Shown one piece after another: positions 30,805-42,652 of a DNA stretch of 64,000 nt. The notes beneath the pieces were generated by a model. It saw nothing but the letters and a program-made list of their open reading frames with translations. It had not been told where the DNA came from and searched no databases. Positions within the stretch are counted from its first letter, which is position 1. Each line of letters begins with the position of its first letter. Location: positions 512,001 through 576,000 of the forward strand of contig CAVSSM010000001.1 in NCBI GenBank assembly GCA_963730605.1. The letters run 5' to 3'. Made by a program: the position numbers and the translations under genes. This DNA is from an uncultured Chlamydiae bacterium. Its GTDB lineage: Bacteria > Chlamydiota > Chlamydiia > Chlamydiales > SM23-39.

Positions 30805-32388
30805 TTAGTCTTTGAAAGACGCATAACTGAAGTCGACGGCTCCGACGGAATCGAAAGAATAGCCTTTCAAGCCAGAAGGGTGAGTAAAAAGAAATTGATC
30901 TGCGCAAATCGGTATCAATGGCGTTTCTTTCAAAAGGATCTCCTCTGCCTTTCCAAGCAACTGAAACCGCCGCTCTGAATCACTTTCTTCCCGCGCTTGT
31001 GAAATTAATTGCCTATATCCGTTATGCACCCACTGAGAAAAGTTAGAGGGATTGATATCGCCGAGCTTTTCTAAAATCTCCATGGGATCATGATAATAGG
31101 CCGCTTCAAATGCCGCGCTGACCTCAAACTGACCTCTCCCAAGATTCTTCCGTAGCACATTCCATTCTTGCTGTTCAAGGCGGATATCGATACCCAACAC
31201 CCGCTTCCATGTTTCCTGTAAATATTCAGCGAACTTTTTTCGGTTCGATTGCTGTGCATAAGAAACCGTGAGTTGCGGAAACTCCTCTTTCGCAATCCCT
31301 AAGTCCAAGAGCCCTTGCTGGAACCGCAGGCGCGCTTCTGCTTCGTCTTCTTTTAATAGAGACGATACCTTCATGTTCACCGGCAATAGAGAATCGGACA
31401 AAGCTCTTCGGAGAGGGTGTCCTCCTATCATAATATGGCGCGTTATATTCGTTCGGTCTAAAGCAAGGCTCAATGCTTGGCGGATGGCAGTAGAGGAAAG
31501 GGCTGGATGCCGCGTATTCAAATTGACCCAAAATGATCTTGCAATTGGACGGGAGAGCAAAAGATTCCTCGTTTGAAGATCTTGGATTTGTTCTGACGAT
31601 AGGGGCGAAAATGGCACTCCGATCCAATCGACTTTTCCACTTTCGTATAAATTAAAGATCGTCGAAGGATCCGATGCCATTAAAACATTGATTTCATCCA
31701 ATAAAATTCTATTTTTATTCCAAAAAAACGGATTTCTTACAAGTCTTAACCGGTCATTCTTTTTCCAGGTATCGATCATGAATGGACCGTTGAATGAGCT
31801 GATGTCTTTCTTTTTCGGATCGATGAGCGGCGCACAGATCGGCAGAGCGATCAAATCTAAAAAGAAAGAGGAAGTGTGGGCGAGGTGCACAACGAGTGTT
31901 TTATTGTCGATAGCTTTTACGCCTACTGCATCAAGAGGCACTTCTCCCTTTTTGGCTTTTTCCGCATTCTGAATGAGGTAGAAAAGGTTCGCGCTAGAAC
32001 AGGTAGACTTAGGAGAGATCGCTTCCTTCCAAGCATTTTCGTATTGGGTTGCTGTGACAGGAGAGCCGTCGGACCATTTATTGTCTCTTAAAGTGAAGGT
32101 ATAGCAAAGGCGGTCTTGGGAAACATCGAGGGATTCAGCGCCCGCTAAGCGCACTTTTCCATTTTCGTCCACACGTGTCAGCCCCTCGAAAAGCAGCTTA
32201 CCCGTAGCAATTCCTCGGAGATGGATGATCAGGTCATGCGGATGAACAGAAGGAAGATCTCCTTCTTGAAAATTGATCGTTAGCTTATTTATTTTCATCA
32301 GTCCCTCTTCCCTTTTTTGAAAACTCATCAGGTTTGAACAAAAGAGGATAAAAGAAATTGATATTTTAATCCAGCCATTTTTGAGCAT
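30805..32388 (-). CDS. oppA: oligopeptide ABC substrate-binding protein OppA, copy 1
   Basis: LFEGLTR, YTFTLR..KWSDG.PVTA, NGPF, RNP.FW. Confidence 0.9.
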   Translation of the reverse strand: MLKNGWIKISISFILFCSNLMSFQKREEGLMKINKLTINFQEGDLPSVHPHDLIIHLRGIATGKLLFEGLTRVDENGKVRLAGAESLDVSQDRLCYTFTLRDNKWSDGSPVTATQYENAWKEAISPKSTCSSANLFYLIQNAEKAKKGEVPLDAVGVKAIDNKTLVVHLAHTSSFFLDLIALPICAPLIDPKKKDISSFNGPFMIDTWKKNDRLRLVRNPFFWNKNRILLDEINVLMASDPSTIFNLYESGKVDWIGVPFSPLSSEQIQDLQTRNLLLSRPIARSFWVNLNTRHPALSSTAIRQALSLALDRTNITRHIMIGGHPLRRALSDSLLPVNMKVSSLLKEDEAEARLRFQQGLLDLGIAKEEFPQLTVSYAQQSNRKKFAEYLQETWKRVLGIDIRLEQQEWNVLRKNLGRGQFEVSAAFEAAYYHDPMEILEKLGDINPSNFSQWVHNGYRQLISQAREESDSERRFQLLGKAEEILLKETPLIPICADQFLFTHPSGLKGYSFDSVGAVDFSYASFKD

Positions 32389-32500
32389 GAACAACCCCGA
32401 AAAAACCACAAGGAACCATTCTAAATTTTGTTCGGAAAATGTCAAGCTTTATGCAAGATCCACTTTCATGACTTAGGTTCATTGCGATTTATGCAATAAA

Positions 32501-32665
32501 CTCGACTTTGTACAATTTTTGGCAAGCAGATCCAGAGGAAGCGCTCTGCAATTTTTTTCTTTTTTTGCGAAATTCATAGCCGAAGGCGCTATTTATGAGC
32601 AAAAAAAGGAAAAAATGGCCAGCGATTCTCTCGGAGATGCCGTCACAAAATTGTACAAAGTCGAG
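32501..32665. repeat. palindromic element family F, copy 1
   Basis: TIR CTCGACTTTGTACAATTTT; inverted copy at 58139..58303. Confidence 0.9.
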
Positions 32666-32688
32666 ATAAAGCCTTTCCTCTCGTAAAT

Positions 32689-34272
32689 TCAACGAGAAAA
32701 GGAAGCGTAACTGAAGTCGACGGCTCCGCCGGAATCGAAAGAATAGCCTTTCAAGCCAGAAGGGTGAGTAAAAAGAAATGGATCTGTGCAAATCGGTATC
32801 AATGGCGTTTCTTTCAAAAGGATCTCCTCTGCCTTTCCAAGCAACTGAAACCGCCGCTCTGAATCACTTTCTTCCCGCGCTTGTGAAATTAATTGCCTAT
32901 ATCCGTTATGCACCCACTGAGAAAAGTTAGAGGGATTGATATCGCCGAGCTTTTCTAAAATCTCCATGGGATCATGATAGTAGGCCGTTTCAAATGCCGG
33001 GCCGACCTCAAACTGACCTCGCTCGAGATTCGTCCGTAGCACATTCCATTCTTGCTGTTCAAGACGGATATCGATACCCAACACCCGCTTCCATGTTTCC
33101 TGTAAATATTCAGCGAACTTTTTTCGGTTCGATTGCTGTGAATAAGAAACCGTGAGTTGCGGAAACTCCTCTTTCGCAATCCCTAAGTCCAAGAGCCCTT
33201 GCTGGAACCGCAGGCGCGCTTCTGTTTCGTCTTCTTTTAATAGAGATGATACCTTCATGTTCACCGGCAATAGAGAATCGGACAAAGCTCTTCGGAGAGG
33301 GTCTCCTCCTATCATAATATGGCGCGTTATATTCGTTCGGTCTAAAGCAAGGCTCAATGCTTGGCGGATGGCAGTAGAGGAAAGGGCTGGATGCCGCATA
33401 TTCAAATTGACCCAAAATGATCTTGCAACTTGACGGGAGAGCAAAAGATTCTTCGTTTGAAGGTCTTGGGTTTGTTCTGACGATAGGAACGAAAATGGCA
33501 TTCCGATCCAATCGAGTTTGCCACTTTCGTATAAATTAAAGATCGTCGAAGGATCCGATGCCATTAAAACATTGATTTCATCGAATAAAACTCTATTTTT
33601 ATTCCAAAAAAACGGATTTCTTACAAGTCTTAACCGGTCATTCTTTTTCCAGGTATCGATCATGAATGGACCGTTGAATGAGCTGATGTCTTTCTTTTTC
33701 GGATCGATGAGCGGCGCACAGATCGGCTGAGCGATCAAATCTAAAAAGAAAGAGGAAGGGTAGGCGAGGCGCACAACGAGTGTTTTATTGTCGACAGCTT
33801 TTACGCCCACTGCATCAAGAGGCACTTCCCCCTTTTTGGCTTTTTCCGCATTCTGAATGAGGTAGAAAAGGTTCGCGCGAGAACAGGTTGACTTAGGAGA
33901 GATCGCTTCCTTCCAAGCATTTTCGTATTGGGTTGCTGTGACAGGAGAGCCGTCGGACCATTTATTGTCTCTTAAAGTGAAGGTATAGCAAAGGCGGTCT
34001 TGGGAAACATCGAGGGATTCAGCGCCCGCTAAGCGCACTTTTCCATTTTCGTCCACACGTGTCAGCCCCTCGAAAAGCAGCTTACCCGCAGCCCTTCCTC
34101 GGAGATGGAGGATCAGGTCATGCGGATGAACAGAAGGAAGATCTCCTTCTTGAAAATTGATCGTTAGCTTATTTATTTTCATCAGTCCCTCTTCCCTTTT
34201 TTGAAAACTCATCAGATTTGAACAAAAAAGGATAAAAAGGATTGATATTATAGTCCAGCTATTTTTGAGCAT
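32689..34272 (-). CDS. oppA: oligopeptide ABC substrate-binding protein OppA, copy 2
   Basis: Tandem duplicate offset 1884 bp from copy 1. Confidence 0.9.
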   Translation of the reverse strand: MLKNSWTIISILFILFCSNLMSFQKREEGLMKINKLTINFQEGDLPSVHPHDLILHLRGRAAGKLLFEGLTRVDENGKVRLAGAESLDVSQDRLCYTFTLRDNKWSDGSPVTATQYENAWKEAISPKSTCSRANLFYLIQNAEKAKKGEVPLDAVGVKAVDNKTLVVRLAYPSSFFLDLIAQPICAPLIDPKKKDISSFNGPFMIDTWKKNDRLRLVRNPFFWNKNRVLFDEINVLMASDPSTIFNLYESGKLDWIGMPFSFLSSEQTQDLQTKNLLLSRQVARSFWVNLNMRHPALSSTAIRQALSLALDRTNITRHIMIGGDPLRRALSDSLLPVNMKVSSLLKEDETEARLRFQQGLLDLGIAKEEFPQLTVSYSQQSNRKKFAEYLQETWKRVLGIDIRLEQQEWNVLRTNLERGQFEVGPAFETAYYHDPMEILEKLGDINPSNFSQWVHNGYRQLISQAREESDSERRFQLLGKAEEILLKETPLIPICTDPFLFTHPSGLKGYSFDSGGAVDFSYASFSR

Positions 34273-34508
34273 GAACAACCCCTGAAAAAATTCACAAGAA
34301 GCCATTCTAAATTTTGTTCGGAAAATGTCAAGCTTTACGCGAGATCTGTGAAGAATCGCCAGACCCTGCGATAGGATGATTCTTCCTTCAGTTGCAAAGA
34401 GGAGGATAGTGCTCATTTGTTACATAATGCTTGGCTTTTAACGCCTTTGATAGTGTATTTGGCCCAGATACCGCAGTTTCGCCGTCGAGTTTTCCGTCCA
34501 TAGCCTAT

Positions 34509-34678
34509 TAACCTGAGTTTTGGGTTCATTTGCCTGAGCTTCAATTTCTTTCGGCATCTTTTTGACTTTTCGCCTCGGCAAGATGCTCGTCCCGATATTG
34601 CTCTCGGCTCCAAAGCGCAAAAATATGCTCGAAATATCCTTGAATCTCATAGACAAATGAACCCAAAACTCAGGTTAT
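34509..34678. repeat. palindromic element family E, copy 1
   Basis: TIR TAACCTGAGTTTTGGGTTCATTTG; inverted copy at 51428..51598. Confidence 0.9.
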
Positions 34679-36438
34679 TATTTCTCGAGAAGCCGGCTTT
34701 TGAGCGCTTTCAGCTCATCGTTCAATTTTTGGGGCATCCGATCTCCGAACATCTTGAAATATTCGGCCAAAGCATCGCATTCCTGCAGCCACGCAGTCCG
34801 ATCGACTTCGAGAAGTTTTTTGATCGGAACCGATTCGATCCCCTGTAAATCGAGGGTCTTTGGAAGGCGCCCGATCGGAGAATCGACCGCTTCCGCTTTT
34901 CCAGTTTCCCTCTCGAAAATCCATTTGATGACGCGCGAATTTTCCCCAAACCCGGGCCAGAGAAATTTTCCCCCAGTATCTTTCTGAAACCAATTGACAT
35001 AGTAGATGCGCGGCAGTTTGTCTTGCGAGCTTTTAGATCCCATGTCCAACCAATGAGCGAAATAGTCCCCCATGTTGTATCCGCAGAAGGGAAGCATCGC
35101 AAAAGGGTCGTGCCGGAGTTTGCCGGTTTCTCCCTTGGCGGCGGCAGTTGTCTCGGAAGATACGCTCGCGCCCAAAAAGACCCCATGGGACCAGTCGAAG
35201 GACTCGAACACTAGGGGGATGACCGAGTTTCTCCGTCCGCCGAAGATGATCGCCGATATGGGAACGCCATTCGGATTTTCAGCTTCTCGGTCGTAGATGG
35301 GGCACTGCTTGGCAGGCACCGTGAAACGGGAATTGGGATGGGCCGCAAGCATTCCCTTCGCGGGATCCCAGGGAGTTCCCAGCCAAGAAGTGAGGCCGGG
35401 AGGAGGAGCGCCATCGATTCCTTCCCACCAAACATCCCTGTCCTGAGTCAAAGCGACATTGGTAAAAAGGGCATTATGGGTCAGCGTCCGCATCGCATTT
35501 GGATTTGTCTTCATGGAGGTGCCGGGGGCGACGCCAAAATAACCCGCTTCAGGATTGACCCCGTAAAGGCGGCCGTCGGATCCGAATCGGATCCATGCAA
35601 TGTCATCTCCGACCGTCTCGATTTTCCAACCGGGCAGCGTCGGAGTCAACATTGCGAGGTTGGTTTTTCCGCAAGCGCTCGGAAAAGCGGCCGCGATATA
35701 TTTTTTTTCTCCCTGAGGGTTTGTAACTCCTAAGATGAGCATATGTTCCGCAAGCCATCCCTCATCTCTTCCAATCGCCGAGGCGATCCGCAGCGCGAAA
35801 CATTTCTTGCCTAAAAGGGCATTGCCTCCATAGCCGCTGCCATACGACCAGATGGACCTCTCTTCGGGAAATTGGACGATCCAACGGTTCGATGGATTGC
35901 AAGGCCAAGGAACATCTTTTTGACCGCTTTTCAATGGAACCCCTACCGAATGGAGGCCGGGAACGAAAGACTGCTCTCCGATTCGATCCATGACTGCTTT
36001 CCCCATCCGGGTCATGATCTTCATATTGAGAACGACATAGGGAGAATCGGTGATCTCGACGCCAAAGCGGGAAAAAGGGGATCCGAGCGGCCCCATGCAG
36101 TAGGGGATGACGTACATCGTCCGCCCTTCCATGCACTCATCGAAAAGGCGAGTGAGCTGCTCATGCATTTCGGCCGGATCTTTCCAATGATTCGTAGGGC
36201 CCGCGTCTGCTTCCTTTTTTGAACAGATGAACGTATTTTCTTCTACTCGCGCAACATCGTCAGGATGGGAATGGCACCAGAAGCTGCGTGGCCGTTTTTT
36301 TGGGTCAAGAGGCACCAAGACGCCCGCTTTGACCATCTCCGATGCAATCTTGTCATATTCTTCCTCCGAACCATCGCAGATATGGGTTCTGAGCGGACGG
36401 CAGAGCGCGGCACTTTTCTCGATCCATCGTTTCAACAT
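34678..36438 (-). CDS. pckG: GTP-dependent PEP carboxykinase
   Basis: [47 protein letters not shown]. Confidence 0.97.
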   Translation of the reverse strand: MLKRWIEKSAALCRPLRTHICDGSEEEYDKIASEMVKAGVLVPLDPKKRPRSFWCHSHPDDVARVEENTFICSKKEADAGPTNHWKDPAEMHEQLTRLFDECMEGRTMYVIPYCMGPLGSPFSRFGVEITDSPYVVLNMKIMTRMGKAVMDRIGEQSFVPGLHSVGVPLKSGQKDVPWPCNPSNRWIVQFPEERSIWSYGSGYGGNALLGKKCFALRIASAIGRDEGWLAEHMLILGVTNPQGEKKYIAAAFPSACGKTNLAMLTPTLPGWKIETVGDDIAWIRFGSDGRLYGVNPEAGYFGVAPGTSMKTNPNAMRTLTHNALFTNVALTQDRDVWWEGIDGAPPPGLTSWLGTPWDPAKGMLAAHPNSRFTVPAKQCPIYDREAENPNGVPISAIIFGGRRNSVIPLVFESFDWSHGVFLGASVSSETTAAAKGETGKLRHDPFAMLPFCGYNMGDYFAHWLDMGSKSSQDKLPRIYYVNWFQKDTGGKFLWPGFGENSRVIKWIFERETGKAEAVDSPIGRLPKTLDLQGIESVPIKKLLEVDRTAWLQECDALAEYFKMFGDRMPQKLNDELKALKSRLLEK

Positions 36439-36473
36439 AAGGTCATTATACTCCGCGTAAAAGAGTGAATTAT

Positions 36474-36815
36474 CTAAGCTTTTGAGGAACCGGTGGTTAC
36501 TTTCTTTCGCCTTCTCGTCTTTAACCTGCTCGACTTTTGAGCTTTTTGCCTGCGGATGCCCGTTTTAGTTGGGAATACATCTATGCCTATTTTATAGAGA
36601 ACATCAGGGCAGATATCCGCGCCATTTGGCCAGCGAATGCTCAAAGGGCCCTCATCCAACGTGACTTGCTTGAAGTACTCTATGTCTTTCAGGGGAAGAA
36701 ACAGGCCTTTTGCATTTTTAATCTTATTTTCTAAATCTACGACCTTACCTCTCCTGTTGCTAAATGTGAGTTTTAGCTTGTAGTCATGTAGGTATTCAAC
36801 TTTCGTAACTCTCAT
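36474..36815 (-). CDS. DUF2442-family protein (putative antitoxin)
   Basis: [34 protein letters not shown]; upstream partner apparently lost. Confidence 0.8.
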   Translation of the reverse strand: MRVTKVEYLHDYKLKLTFSNRRGKVVDLENKIKNAKGLFLPLKDIEYFKQVTLDEGPLSIRWPNGADICPDVLYKIGIDVFPTKTGIRRQKAQKSSRLKTRRRKKVTTGSSKA

Positions 36816-37037
36816 AAATTAAACCAGAGGTTTTAACTTTTTGAATTTTTGGCATGATTGCCTAACTTGCAAGAGGCCGATGATCTTTCCGTTATAGAGG
36901 AGAGTCACCTTCTTTGATGATACCCTATTCGAAGATTTCCAGACTACGCTTATAGCAAGCATTCCTCTTGGGTTATCTCAGGAGATCCAGACGTGCAAAT
37001 TATTATTTTGCGCTCCATTTTCAAAAAATTTTCTGTA

Positions 37038-39467
37038 CTACAGCGTTTCATTAATTTTGACATAATTTCTTGATAAAAAATATACTTGACGCCTTGTAAA
37101 ATTCGTGGGAGTGCAGGTATGCGAAAGAAGTATAAAGTCAAGTTAACACCCAGTCAGCGCAAGCAATTACTCGAAGTTGTGCATAAAGGAAAGCAGAAGG
37201 CAAAAACAATCACTCATGCTCGAATACTATTGCAGGCAGATTCTGGTGAAGAGGGGCCGGGTTTGAGAGCAAAAGCTATTGCGGCAGGGTTGAATATTCA
37301 CGAACGCACTGTACATCGAGTCAGAGAATCTTTCGCAAACGATGGACTGGAAGCTGCTTTGCACCGAAAAAAACATCGCCAATACAAACCAAGAAAACTC
37401 GATGGTGATCAAGAAGCCCATCTGGTTGCCATATGTTGCGGGGCCCCTCCGGAAGGGCGCAAAGAATGGACCTTGAGATTGTTAAGCGAAAGACTGGTTC
37501 AGCTAGTACCTGACCACAAAAGTTTTTAAAAAAATGTTTGAATAGTGTTCCATATATGCCTTTCATTTGGAGGCAGCTATGAACAAAAAATGGTCCGTTC
37601 ATCTCACAGTTGAGGTGCGCAGCGAACTCGAGGACATTGTTAGAAAAGGGAAGTCATCCGCGCGGATTATCAGAAGAGCGCAAACTCTGTTATTCGCTGA
37701 TGAGAAGAAACCAGATAAAGAGATTGCCTCTTTGCTACGGTGCAGCGAGGTGAGCGTTTACAATACAAGAAAAGCCTACTGTGAACACGGGCTACAACAA
37801 TCACTCAATGAAAAAGCGCGATCCGGAAGACCGGAGAAGATGGTTGGAAAGGCTAAAGCCCATTTAATCGCGCTTGCTTGCAGCGAGGCGCCCGAAGGAC
37901 GCGCCTGCTGGACAATGCAGCTACTTGCGGATCGTTGCATTACGCTAGAGTTGACAGATTCCATATCGGACGAAACGGTTCGCAGAACATTAAAAAAAAC
38001 GAAATAAAGCCATGGCAAGTAAAGAGTTGGTGTGTTCCAGAAGTGGATTACGAGTATATTTGTCGGATGGAAGATGTTTTAGATTTATATGAGGAGCCGC
38101 TGAACGAAAAGAAACCCGTTGTGTGTTTTGATGAAACACCAGTCCAATTGGTAGATGATGTGTTGGCGCCAATTGCCGCAGTGCCAGGGAGAGTCAAACG
38201 CCGAGATTATGAGTACGAAAGGAATGGAACAAGCAACCTCTTTGTTTTTGTACAGCCCTTGGGAGGCTGGCGGGAAATAAAAGTCACAGACCAGAGAACA
38301 AAAAAAGATTTTGCCGAGTGCATGAAGGATCTGGTGGACAAACATTTTCCCGAGGCAGAAAAAATTAGGGTTGTCATGGACAATTTGAATACGCATCGAC
38401 TGGCTAATCTCTACGAGACGTTTGAGCCCGAAGAAGCCAGGAGGATCATTAAGAAATTAGAGGTGCGCCATACGCCAAAACATGCAAGTTGGTTGAACAT
38501 GGCAGAGATTGAAATTTCTGTTCTTGGCGGTCAGTGCCTCAAAAGGCGAATAGGCTCAAAAGAAGTTCTCGGTAGAGAGGTGGCCGCTTATGTATCAGAT
38601 AGAAATGCTAGACGGGCAAAGATCCTTTGGGGATTTGCTATCCCAGATGCGCGAGTGAAAATGAAGAGGCTCTACCCATGAAAACTTTTGTGGTCAGGTA
38701 CTAGAAGTTATTGATTCTATTTCCAGAAGCACAGTCCATCGCACTTTAAAAAAAATGAACTTAAGCCCTGGCTAAAGAAAGAATGGTGTATTCCTCCTGA
38801 GGAAAACGCTGACTTTGTTTGCCGAATGGAAAATGTGTTAGGCCTCTATAAGTGCCTATACAATCCAGAATATCCAATGATTTGCATGGATGAGTCGAGT
38901 AAGCAACACGAGGCAGGAAAGCTGGATAACATTCCAGCAAAACGAGGTAAGGTTGAACGCTTTGATACAGGATATGAGCGCAATGGCGTGAGTAATATTC
39001 TGCTGAGTTTTGAGCCACTAACAGGGAAACGATACATTGATGTTTCGGAGAGAAGGACTCGATTGGATTGGGCCAAACATATACAGAAACTTGTAGAGGA
39101 GCATTATCCCAAGGCAAAAAAGATCCTCTTGGTCTGCGATAATTTAAATATCCATACAGGTGCTGCTCTTTATGAGCTTCTGCCGCCCAAAGAGGCGAAA
39201 AGGATCGTAGACCGTCTGGAATTTCGTTATACGCCGAAACATGGGAGCTGGTTAAACATGGCAGAAATCGAATTAAGCCACCTTTCCAGGCAATGTTTAA
39301 ACCGACGCCTAAGAGACATAGTCGAGGTTAAAAAAGAAGTTGCCTCCTGGCTAGAGGGCAGAAACAAGGATGCGCATGTTATAGACTGGCGCTTCACAGT
39401 TGAGGACGCAAGAATCAAGCTAAAAAAGCTTTACCCCACAATTGGCAAAATTAATGAAACGCTGTAG
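37038..39467 (+). mobile_element. IS630-family element (outer), interrupted by a second IS630
   Basis: TIR CTACAGCGTTTCATTAATTTTG, flanked by TA; HTH ORF from 37119 and DDE ORF to 39467 (MDE, DNLNIH, YTPKHGSWLNMAEIE) with an A-run frameshift site. Confidence 0.93.
37506..38701 (+). mobile_element. IS630-family element (inner), apparently intact
   Basis: TIR GTACCTGACCACAAAAGTTTT, TA duplication within CTAG; orfA 37579..38007 and orfB to 38681 joined by a -1 shift at an A8 run. Confidence 0.95.
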
Positions 39468-39575
39468 TACTGGACAAAAAATAAATTCATAGCATTGCAG
39501 CAAATGGGATCGGCGGCAGCTTTTCCGATGCGACTAATTATGCATACAGCTATATGACTATCAGAGTTGGTCTGA

Positions 39576-41104
39576 TATACCGCGCCCGCTTAGGGATTGT
39601 CTGAAGATAACTCGTACACTCTCATAGGAAATTTTTCAAATTTCCATAGATAAAAATATATATTGATGCTACTCTTCCTGCCCTCAGAGTAGAGAGCGTG
39701 GTTTCTCAGAACATAATCCGAACAAAATATCTTCGAGTCAATCACTCATTGAACGAAAAAAGCCGTCGCTTGTGGTGTGCCGCTGAAGCGTTAGCACTTG
39801 GAAAGGGCGGAGTAACATTGGTGCATGCCGCTACTAAAGTTAGTCGTTCGACAATCTATTTGGGGATCAAAGATATCCAACAAAAACGGCGTCGGAAAAA
39901 ATCCAAGGGACGTATTCGTAAAAAAGGTGGTGGAGCAAAACCCATTTCGAGCAAAATGCCTGGGATATTATCGGTGCTGGAAACATTGATTGAGGCTTTC
40001 ACCAAAGGAGATCCCGAGGTTTCCTTGAGGTGGACCAGTAAGAGTTTACGCAAACTATCCGCAGAGCTCAAAAATCGGGGATACGAAGTAGGTCGCTCTA
40101 CGGTGGGCAATTTATTAGAGGAGGCCGGGTACAGTTTGCAGTTGAATAAGAAAGACAAAGAAGGCAAATCCGTGCCGGACAGAAACGCTCAATTTGAACA
40201 CATCAATGAGCAGGCGAATGCATTCTTGCAAGAGAAACAGCCTGTGATTTCCGTTGACACCAAGAAAAAAGAATTGGTTGGGAATTTCAAAAATGGCGGG
40301 AGAGAATACCACAAGCGAGGAGAGCCAGTTAAGGTCGATGTTCATGATTTTCCCGACAAAGAAGCGGGGAAAGTGGCCCCGTATGGGGTATATGATATTG
40401 GCAAAAATAAGGGCTGGGTCAGTGTTGGAATTACGAGCGACACTGCTGAATTTGCTGTAAATACGATTCGTAGTTGGTGGCAAAAAATAGGAAAAAAAGA
40501 CTATCGAAATGCCTCCAAGTTGATGATAACTGCCGATTGTGGTGGCAGCAATGGCAATAGGGTGAGGCTTTGGAAGTGGGAACTGCAAAAACTGGCAAAT
40601 GAATTGGGGTTAGAAATTCATGTATGTCATTTCCCGCCAGCGACAAGTAAATGGAATAAAATCGAACACAAGATGTTCAGCTATATTTCTCAGAACTGGA
40701 GAGGGGTGCCGCTGATCACCCGTGAGGCGATCGTGCAGTTAATCGGTAGCACAAAAACGACCAAAGGGCTAGAAATTCAAGCCCAAATCGACTTCAGAGA
40801 GTATGAAAAAGGCAGAGAGATTAGCGATGAAGATTTTCGAGAGATTGCGATCACCTTCAATGAATTTCGGGGTGACTGGAATTATACCATTTCTCCAATG
40901 GTAAGAATCGGTATTTCCCTATGAAAGTGTACGAGTTATCCTCAGACAATCCCTTAGGTTGTGTGAATTTTGACAGCAGATTTTTGGCTCCAGTAGCATT
41001 GCGGAGATCGAGTCCAACTTGCACAATGTTAACGAAATCGAGCAATGCGCTGGAGCAAAAAAGATGCTCAACAAAATTCACTCAAGATGAGCGGGCGCGG
41101 TATA
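39576..41104. repeat. palindromic element family D, split by ISAzo13 (39576-39592 and 40954-41104)
   Basis: Rejoined halves match the intact copy at 52154..52317. Confidence 0.85.
39593..40953 (+). mobile_element. ISAzo13-family IS with transposase 39698..40924
   Basis: 36-bp TIR GGGATTGTCTGA.GATAACTCGTACACT.TCATAGG, TTA duplication; ISVDTKKKELVGNF, TADCGGSN, SKWNKIEH. Confidence 0.95.
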
Positions 41105-41163
41105 TCATTGAGGAGCATTCTAAGTTGTATTAATCGCGGGATAATGCAGGTTCGGTTTCCTCG

Positions 41164-41451
41164 TTAGAGAATGAAACCGCAGCCCCCTATAAAAAGTTCT
41201 GGAATGCGCTGAATTTCATCGATGATAATCAGCCCCTCCAACGGCTCCAATGCGGTTTTAGGATGCTCCAGAATGGCCAGATCGGCCGGATCCTCGAGGT
41301 CGAAGAAATGGGCGCGGCCAGCCCACCGGCTCGCTACGTAGGTACGGGCAAGGGTCGTCTTGCCACATTGGCGAAGACCTAGCATAGCCACAACTTTATG
41401 CGTTTTAAAGGCTTGTTCAATGAGAGTTTGATAGGCTGGGCGGTCGATCAT
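41164..41451 (-). pseudogene. truncated AAA+ ATPase (AAA_14/DUF4143-type) N-terminus
   Basis: GLRQCGKTTLA, FDLED, IIDEIQRIPELF, then an abrupt end. Confidence 0.75.
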
Positions 41452-41542
41452 GAAAATTCCAAGGTTACCTTGGAATTTTCATACCAAACCAGAACTTAAG
41501 GGTCAATTTGATTATAAGTCTTTATCAATCAAGGCGTTAATT

Positions 41543-42635
41543 TTAAAGCGGCTTTTTCTTCTTGAACTTGTCGAGATACTCGAGCGCTTTGCCGGTGCCG
41601 AGGCAGACGGCGAGGAGGGGGTTCGGCGCCACGAAAACCGGCAGGCCGGTTTCTTTGATCAGGGCCTTGTCGAGCCCTTTCATGAGAGCGCCCCCGCCGG
41701 CAAGGACCATCCCCCGCTCGACGAGGTCGGCAGCGAGCTCGGGAGGGCATTTTTCCAGGGTGAGCTTGACGCTTTCGATGATCTGCTGGATCGGCTCGGC
41801 GAGGCATTCGCGGATTTCAACCGAGTTGATCCGTTTCGTGATCGGAAGGCCAGCGACCTGGTCGCGGCCGCGCACTTCCATCTCGAGCTCATTGTTGCCC
41901 GAGAGGATAGGCCGACCCGATGGTGATTTTGATCTCTTCCGCCGTCCTCGGGCCGATCATCAAGTTATAGGTGCGGCGCATGTAGTTCATGATGCAGTCG
42001 TCGAACTCGTCCCCGGCGATCCGGAGCGAGCGGGACTCGACAATGCCGCCGAGAGAAATGATCGCGATTTCAGTGGTACCGCCGCCGATGTCGATGATCA
42101 TGTTGCCCGAAGGCTCATGGACGGGAAGATCGACCCCGATCGCGGCGGCCATCGGCTCTTCGATCAAGATCACTTCCTGGGCGCCTGCGTGGAGCGCCGA
42201 ATCTTCTACGGCCCGCTTCTCTACTCCCGTAATGCCAGAAGGGACGGCGATGAGGATGCGGGGGCGGAAGAGGCTGCGGGCCGGAGTCACCCGCTTGATC
42301 AGGGCTTTCAACATCCCTTCAGCGATTTCAAAATCGGCGATCACCCCGTCTTTCATGGGGCGCACTGCGTGGATTTTGCGAGGAGTTTTGCCAAGCATCG
42401 CTTTGGCCTTATGGCCGACGGCGAGAACTTCGTTCGTCAGAGAATCGACGGCAACGACGGAGGGTTCGGCCAGGACGATCCCTTTGCCGCGAACGTAGAC
42501 AAGGGTATTCGCTGTTCCGAGGTCGATGCCGATATCGCTCGAAAAAATGCCGGAAAGGCGGCTTACTTTTTTGATCGCACTTTTACGCAAAGTCTGCAGG
42601 GTCTCTAGGGCGCGGTCTAATGTCGATTTAGTCAT
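41543..42635 (-). CDS. mreB: rod shape-determining protein MreB, frameshift near 41885
   Basis: DLGTANT, DIGGGTT, LAGGGAL. Confidence 0.93.
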
Positions 42636-42652
42636 AGAATTAAAAAAAACAC

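Noticed and set aside
41562..42608. 348-aa plus-strand ORF and similar long antisense ORFs
   Set aside because: Shadow frames of mreB, suf, rfb and other well-supported genes.
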